A stretch of DNA of 64,000 nucleotides from the human T2T-CHM13v2.0 reference genome, Homo sapiens, in assembly GCA_009914755.4 (NCBI GenBank), contig CP086569.2:18016001-18080000 (forward strand), given 5' to 3'. Positions within the stretch are counted from its first letter, which is position 1. Every line of letters begins with the position of its first letter. The notes below the pieces were generated by a model that ran no database searches, was not told the origin of the DNA, and was given only the letters and a program-made list of their open reading frames with translations. Both the position numbers and the translations under genes were made by a program. Positions 62,150 to 64,000 of the stretch are shown here, one piece after another.

Positions 62150-62740
62150 ATGTATTGTTATGGCATGGCATGTTACATGTTGTTTTCTGTTGTGGTATTG
62201 CATGCTCTAATATATGCTATGCTATGTTATGTCATATCAGGTTATGTTATGTGATGTGCTGCACTATGGTAGGTTCTGTGTTATTCTGTGCTATGTTATG
62301 ACTTATGCTATGCTTTTCTTTGCTATGCTATGTTAGGTTATAAGTTATGTTATGTTATATTTTATGTTATGCTGTTTTATATGCTATGTTGTTATGCTGT
62401 GTTACAGACTATGTTATACTGTGATATGTAATGTGATGTTATGCTATGTTATGATTTATGCTGTGTTTTTCTAGGCTTTAATGTGAGATTATATGTTATA
62501 CTATATTAGGTTGTGTTACATGTTATGCTGTGCTATATTTTGTTTAGTCTATGTTTTATGCTATGATGTTATGTGATATATTTTGGTATATTATACTATT
62601 ATTTTCTATGCTATGGTATGCTATGGTATGGTATGGTATGGTATGGTATGGTATGGTATGCTATGCTATGCTATGCTATGCTATGCTATGCTATGCTATG
62701 CTATGCTATGTTTTATGCCATGATGTATGTGTTAGTGAAA
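62150..62740. repeat. Degenerate pentameric satellite-like block ((CTATG)n/(GGTAT)n/(GTTAT)n), with perfect runs at 62626-62660 (ggtat x7) and 62660-62712 (ctatg x10)
   Basis: ...tatgttatgtcatatcaggttatgttatgtgatgtgctg...ggtatggtatggtatggtatggtatgctatgctatgctatgctatgctatgctatg... ORFs 62551..62778 and 62573..62923 (MVWYGMVWYGMV/AMLCYAMLCY) are translations of this repeat. Confidence 0.9.
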
Positions 62741-63544
62741 TGGGAAAGGATCCCTTGTCTCCTTCACAGGGTGTGTGATGGGAGTATGGCTTACTTCTTC
62801 CATGCCCCGCTGCTCAAACCTCTACAGGGCACAAGGCAGGCAGGCTGTAGGGCTCCTACCCCATGGCAGCATCTACACCCCAGTGGGCCTGTGTTAGAGG
62901 GTGCTCTTTTAATTTGCCTATAGGCAGTTTTTGTTAACCAGCTTAATTAGACCCTCTACCTTGTTGCAAGGACAGAGGGCTTTCTGTATCCTGGGTTCTT
63001 ACCTTGGTGTACCAGAAGAATCAGATCACAAATGGGCTTGGAAAATGAGTGCAAAGTTTTATTGAGTGGAAATACATCTCAGCTTATTTGGGAGCCAGAA
63101 GGGAGATGGTTTTCCCCTGGAATTGGGTCACTCAGCAGCCCTAGCTCTCCTTGAACTGCCCCAGCCAAACTTACCTTTTCCCACTGGTCAATGGCCTGCC
63201 CATGAGCTGGTGCCTGTCCTTGTGCTCTTCTGCCAGTATGCTCCTCTCAACATCCTCTTGATGACCAGCTGCTTAAATCTTCTTCTCCCAATGTGCTCCT
63301 CAAGACACCTGATCACCTATGTATTGAATAGGATCTTGGGCTTTTATAGGCTCAGGATAGGGATGTGGCAGGCCAGAGTGGCCTTGGAAAATGCAACATT
63401 TGTGTGGGAAAGCAGGAGTGCCTGTCCTCACCTAGGTCTGTGGGGGTGAAGCCCTAGCCAGGGACCTGCCTTTCTCTACCCAGCTCTTCCCTTCCCTACT
63501 TCTGTATCATTTAAAGTGATATGCTCTTTCCTTCTCATCATTCT

Positions 63545-63960
63545 TGTACATTTGGTTTATGTTTAATGCTATGTTACATGTTATGGTAGGCTCTGCTATA
63601 ATATGTTATATGCCACCTATGCTGTGCTATCTATCATTCTGTTTTGTGTTTTCCTATGCTATGCTATGCTATGCTATGCTACATTTATGCCATGTCATGT
63701 CCTCTTATGTCACATTATATGTCACTCTCTGCTAGGTTATGCTGTGTTATATGTTATGCTAGGCTAGGCTATATTATTTTATATGCCATGTGATGTTATG
63801 TTATATGTTATGTTATGCTATCCTATGCTTTGTTAGGTGCTGTGCTACATTATGCTATGCCATGTTATGTAATACTTGTTATATATGTTATGTGATGCAT
63901 GTTAGGTTATACACATTATGTTTTCATATACAATGTATGTTATATGATCCACATTATATA
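63545..63960. repeat. Second block of the same degenerate pentameric (CTATG/ATGTT-like) satellite
   Basis: ...ttatgtttaatgctatgttacatgttatgg...cctatgctatgctatgctatgctatgctac...ttatgctgtgttatatgttatgctaggctaggctat... ORFs 63544..63735 and 63790..63984 are low-complexity artefacts. Confidence 0.88.
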
Positions 63961-64000
63961 GTGCATATTCTGGTACACATGTAAAAATGCAGTATTTAAA

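Noticed and set aside
62551-62923. ORFs translating as MVWYGMVWYGMV/AMLCYAMLCY repeats (and similar ones at 63544-63984)
   Set aside because: They are translations of the pentameric CTATG/GGTAT satellite, with no coding evidence.

Overview
This window is primate (human-like) nuclear genomic DNA, not a prokaryotic locus. The signatures are at least 15 Alu SINEs with A/T tails and target-site duplications, LINE-1 fragments, MaLR/THE1 LTRs, endogenous retroviruses, tetranucleotide microsatellites, and AT-rich, low-GC inter-repeat sequence. I see no convincing cellular protein-coding exons, rRNA/tRNA genes or CRISPR arrays. Nearly all ORFs in the six-frame track are translations of repeats (Alu, GATA/GA/pentamer low-complexity) or degraded retroviral gag/pro/pol frames. 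The most notable structure is a nested provirus at roughly 21.6-33.4 kb. It is a HERV-H-like provirus in minus orientation, with LTR7-like LTRs, a tRNA-His primer-binding site, and a recognisable gag NC zinc knuckle, protease, RT, RNase H and integrase on the minus strand. Its env-proximal region has been invaded by a second, internally deleted gammaretrovirus-like ERV, also in minus orientation, with two ~0.8 kb LTRs, a tRNA-Ile primer-binding site, a polypurine tract and a 4-bp target-site duplication. A second LTR7-like copy lies ~0.4 kb beyond the HERV-H 5' LTR. Other features: a THE1-type LTR nested in an old L1, an L1 with a 5' inversion (twin-priming signature), a ~168-bp x3 tandem array, a 34-bp x6 minisatellite, a MaLR LTR with a ~370-bp expanded (GA)n tract, long degenerate GATA/TCTA tracts in opposite orientations, a cluster of four same-orientation Alus (two CpG-rich, young-looking), and two blocks of a degenerate pentameric (CTATG-like) satellite. 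No previously undescribed biological system (such as a microbial defence island) is supportable here. All coordinates are approximate to within about 10 bp, and all family assignments are from memory of consensus sequences without database searches.
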